In this document: in pieces, positions 63,127 to 64,000 of the stretch
Layout: each line of letters begins with the position of its first letter
How positions within the stretch are numbered: position 1 is the first letter of the stretch
From: a virus
Taxonomy: Duplodnaviria > Heunggongvirae > Uroviricota > Caudoviricetes
Strand: one strand, 5' to 3'
DNA length: 64,000 nucleotides
Virus record (IMG/VR): IMGVR_UViG_3300034107_000364
Program-made: the position numbers and the translations under genes
Notes under the pieces: generated by a model
Told to the model about the DNA's origin: nothing
Seen by the model: only the letters and a program-made list of their open reading frames with translations
Database searches by the model: none

Positions 63127-64000
63127 ATGGCAAACATTAATAATGGAACAGTTACAGTACAAGTAGTTGGAGGAGTCGGACCTTACCAATATACTTTACT
63201 GAACGCAGGTACAAATCAACCGATACCTAACAATGCATATCCGACATTTCAAAATCCTGTCAATAACATTGTATCCAATACGTTTACATTTGGTAATGCA
63301 ACCGATAATACGGGTAATAGTGGTTTAGCACCGGGTCAATATAAAGTTAAAATAATTGACTCTAATTTATGTGAAACCGTTTCAAATACTTTATTTGTTA
63401 CTGATATTACACCTATACCACCTACTGCAACACCAGTTCCTGTTCCTACGGCAACAATTTTGCCAACTGCGACTGCGATTATTCCGACTGCAACACCAGT
63501 TCCAGATCCTACAGCAACTGAAGTGATCCCGACTGCAACGCCAGTTCCTGCACCTACAGCAACAGCTATACCAGATCCAACTGCAACGCCAGTTCCAGAT
63601 CCTACAGCAACTGAAGTGATCCCGACTGCAACGCCAGTTCCAGATCCTACAGCGACTGAAGTTCCTGTACCTACAGCAACTGAAGTGATCCCGACTGCAA
63701 CGCCAGTTCCAGATCCTACAGCGACTGAAGTGATCCCAACTGCAACGCCAGTTCCAGATCCTACAGCGACTGAAGTTCCTGCGCCTACAGCGACAGCAAT
63801 TCCAGATCCGACTGCAACGCCAGTTCCTGCACCTACAGCGACAGCTATTCCTGCACCGACTGCAACGCCAGTTCCTGCACCGACTGCAACTTCAATTCCA
63901 GAACCGACTGCAACGCCAGTTCCTGCACCGACTGCAACTTCAATTCCAGAACCGACTGCAACGCCAGTTCCTGCACCGACTGCAACTTCAATTCCAGAAC
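63127..64000 (+). CDS. SprB-repeat-like domain + long PTATPVP(A/D) tandem-repeat protein (3' partial, runs off window)
   Basis: NGTVTVQVVGGVGPYQYTLL resembles SprB/gliding-adhesin repeat (G.GPYxY); then >20 copies of PTATxxPx; no stop before window end. Confidence 0.5.
   Translation, partial: MANINNGTVTVQVVGGVGPYQYTLLNAGTNQPIPNNAYPTFQNPVNNIVSNTFTFGNATDNTGNSGLAPGQYKVKIIDSNLCETVSNTLFVTDITPIPPTATPVPVPTATILPTATAIIPTATPVPDPTATEVIPTATPVPAPTATAIPDPTATPVPDPTATEVIPTATPVPDPTATEVPVPTATEVIPTATPVPDPTATEVIPTATPVPDPTATEVPAPTATAIPDPTATPVPAPTATAIPAPTATPVPAPTATSIPEPTATPVPAPTATSIPEPTATPVPAPTATSIPE
63410..64000 (+). repeat. 24-nt periodic in-frame tandem repeat (actgcaacgccagttcctgcaccg variants)
   Basis: direct reading of sequence; encodes PTATPVPA/PTATEVIP units. 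Confidence 0.8.

Noticed and set aside
63410-64000. The 24-nt periodic direct repeats could be mistaken for a CRISPR array.
   Set aside because: Units are contiguous with no spacers, maintain one open reading frame, and vary at codon third positions. They are coding tandem repeats (the PTATPVPx motif), not a repeat-spacer array.

Overview
This is a gene-dense, AT-rich (~30% GC) window in which essentially everything is coded on the + strand. It reads as part of a large tailed phage of a Bacteroidetes/Flavobacteriia-type host. The basis is: no Shine-Dalgarno sequences (A-rich leaders), a TAnnTT(A/T)G -7-like promoter element, a Bacteroidetes-type histone H1-like gene, lipoproteins and an SprB-like repeat. 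The content, in order: (i) a phage sigma factor (ECF-like) and a ~80-nt terminator+promoter intergenic cassette that recurs 14 times; (ii) a 6.7-kb tRNA array (about 26 tRNAs covering all 20 amino acids) interspersed with tRNA debris, orphan tRNA halves and two ORFs; (iii) a lysis cassette (holin-like, GH24 endolysin, membrane protein); (iv) DNA ligase and nucleotide-metabolism genes; (v) an NAD+ reconstitution cluster (PRPP-synthetase-like + OARD1-type macro + NAMPT-like, with a PTH2-like gene); (vi) a glycan toolkit (GT25, GT32, a fused GT9-GT4-GT9 giant with a GC-rich mosaic segment, NAD-dependent epimerase, KdsA); (vii) peptidoglycan hydrolases (Amidase_2, glucosaminidase) and a secreted EndoG-type nuclease; (viii) a striking set of about 12 proteins that share an N-terminal M-K-H-x-K-L-F-E-E-F-(L/I/V)-x-E leader, resembling the T4 capsid-targeting sequence with an (L/I/V)xE protease site, including a Nudix hydrolase, a HAD phosphatase, a P-loop kinase-like protein and an 811-aa protein; and (ix) Pro/Thr-rich tandem-repeat proteins at the 3' end. 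All minus-strand ORFs in the track look spurious.
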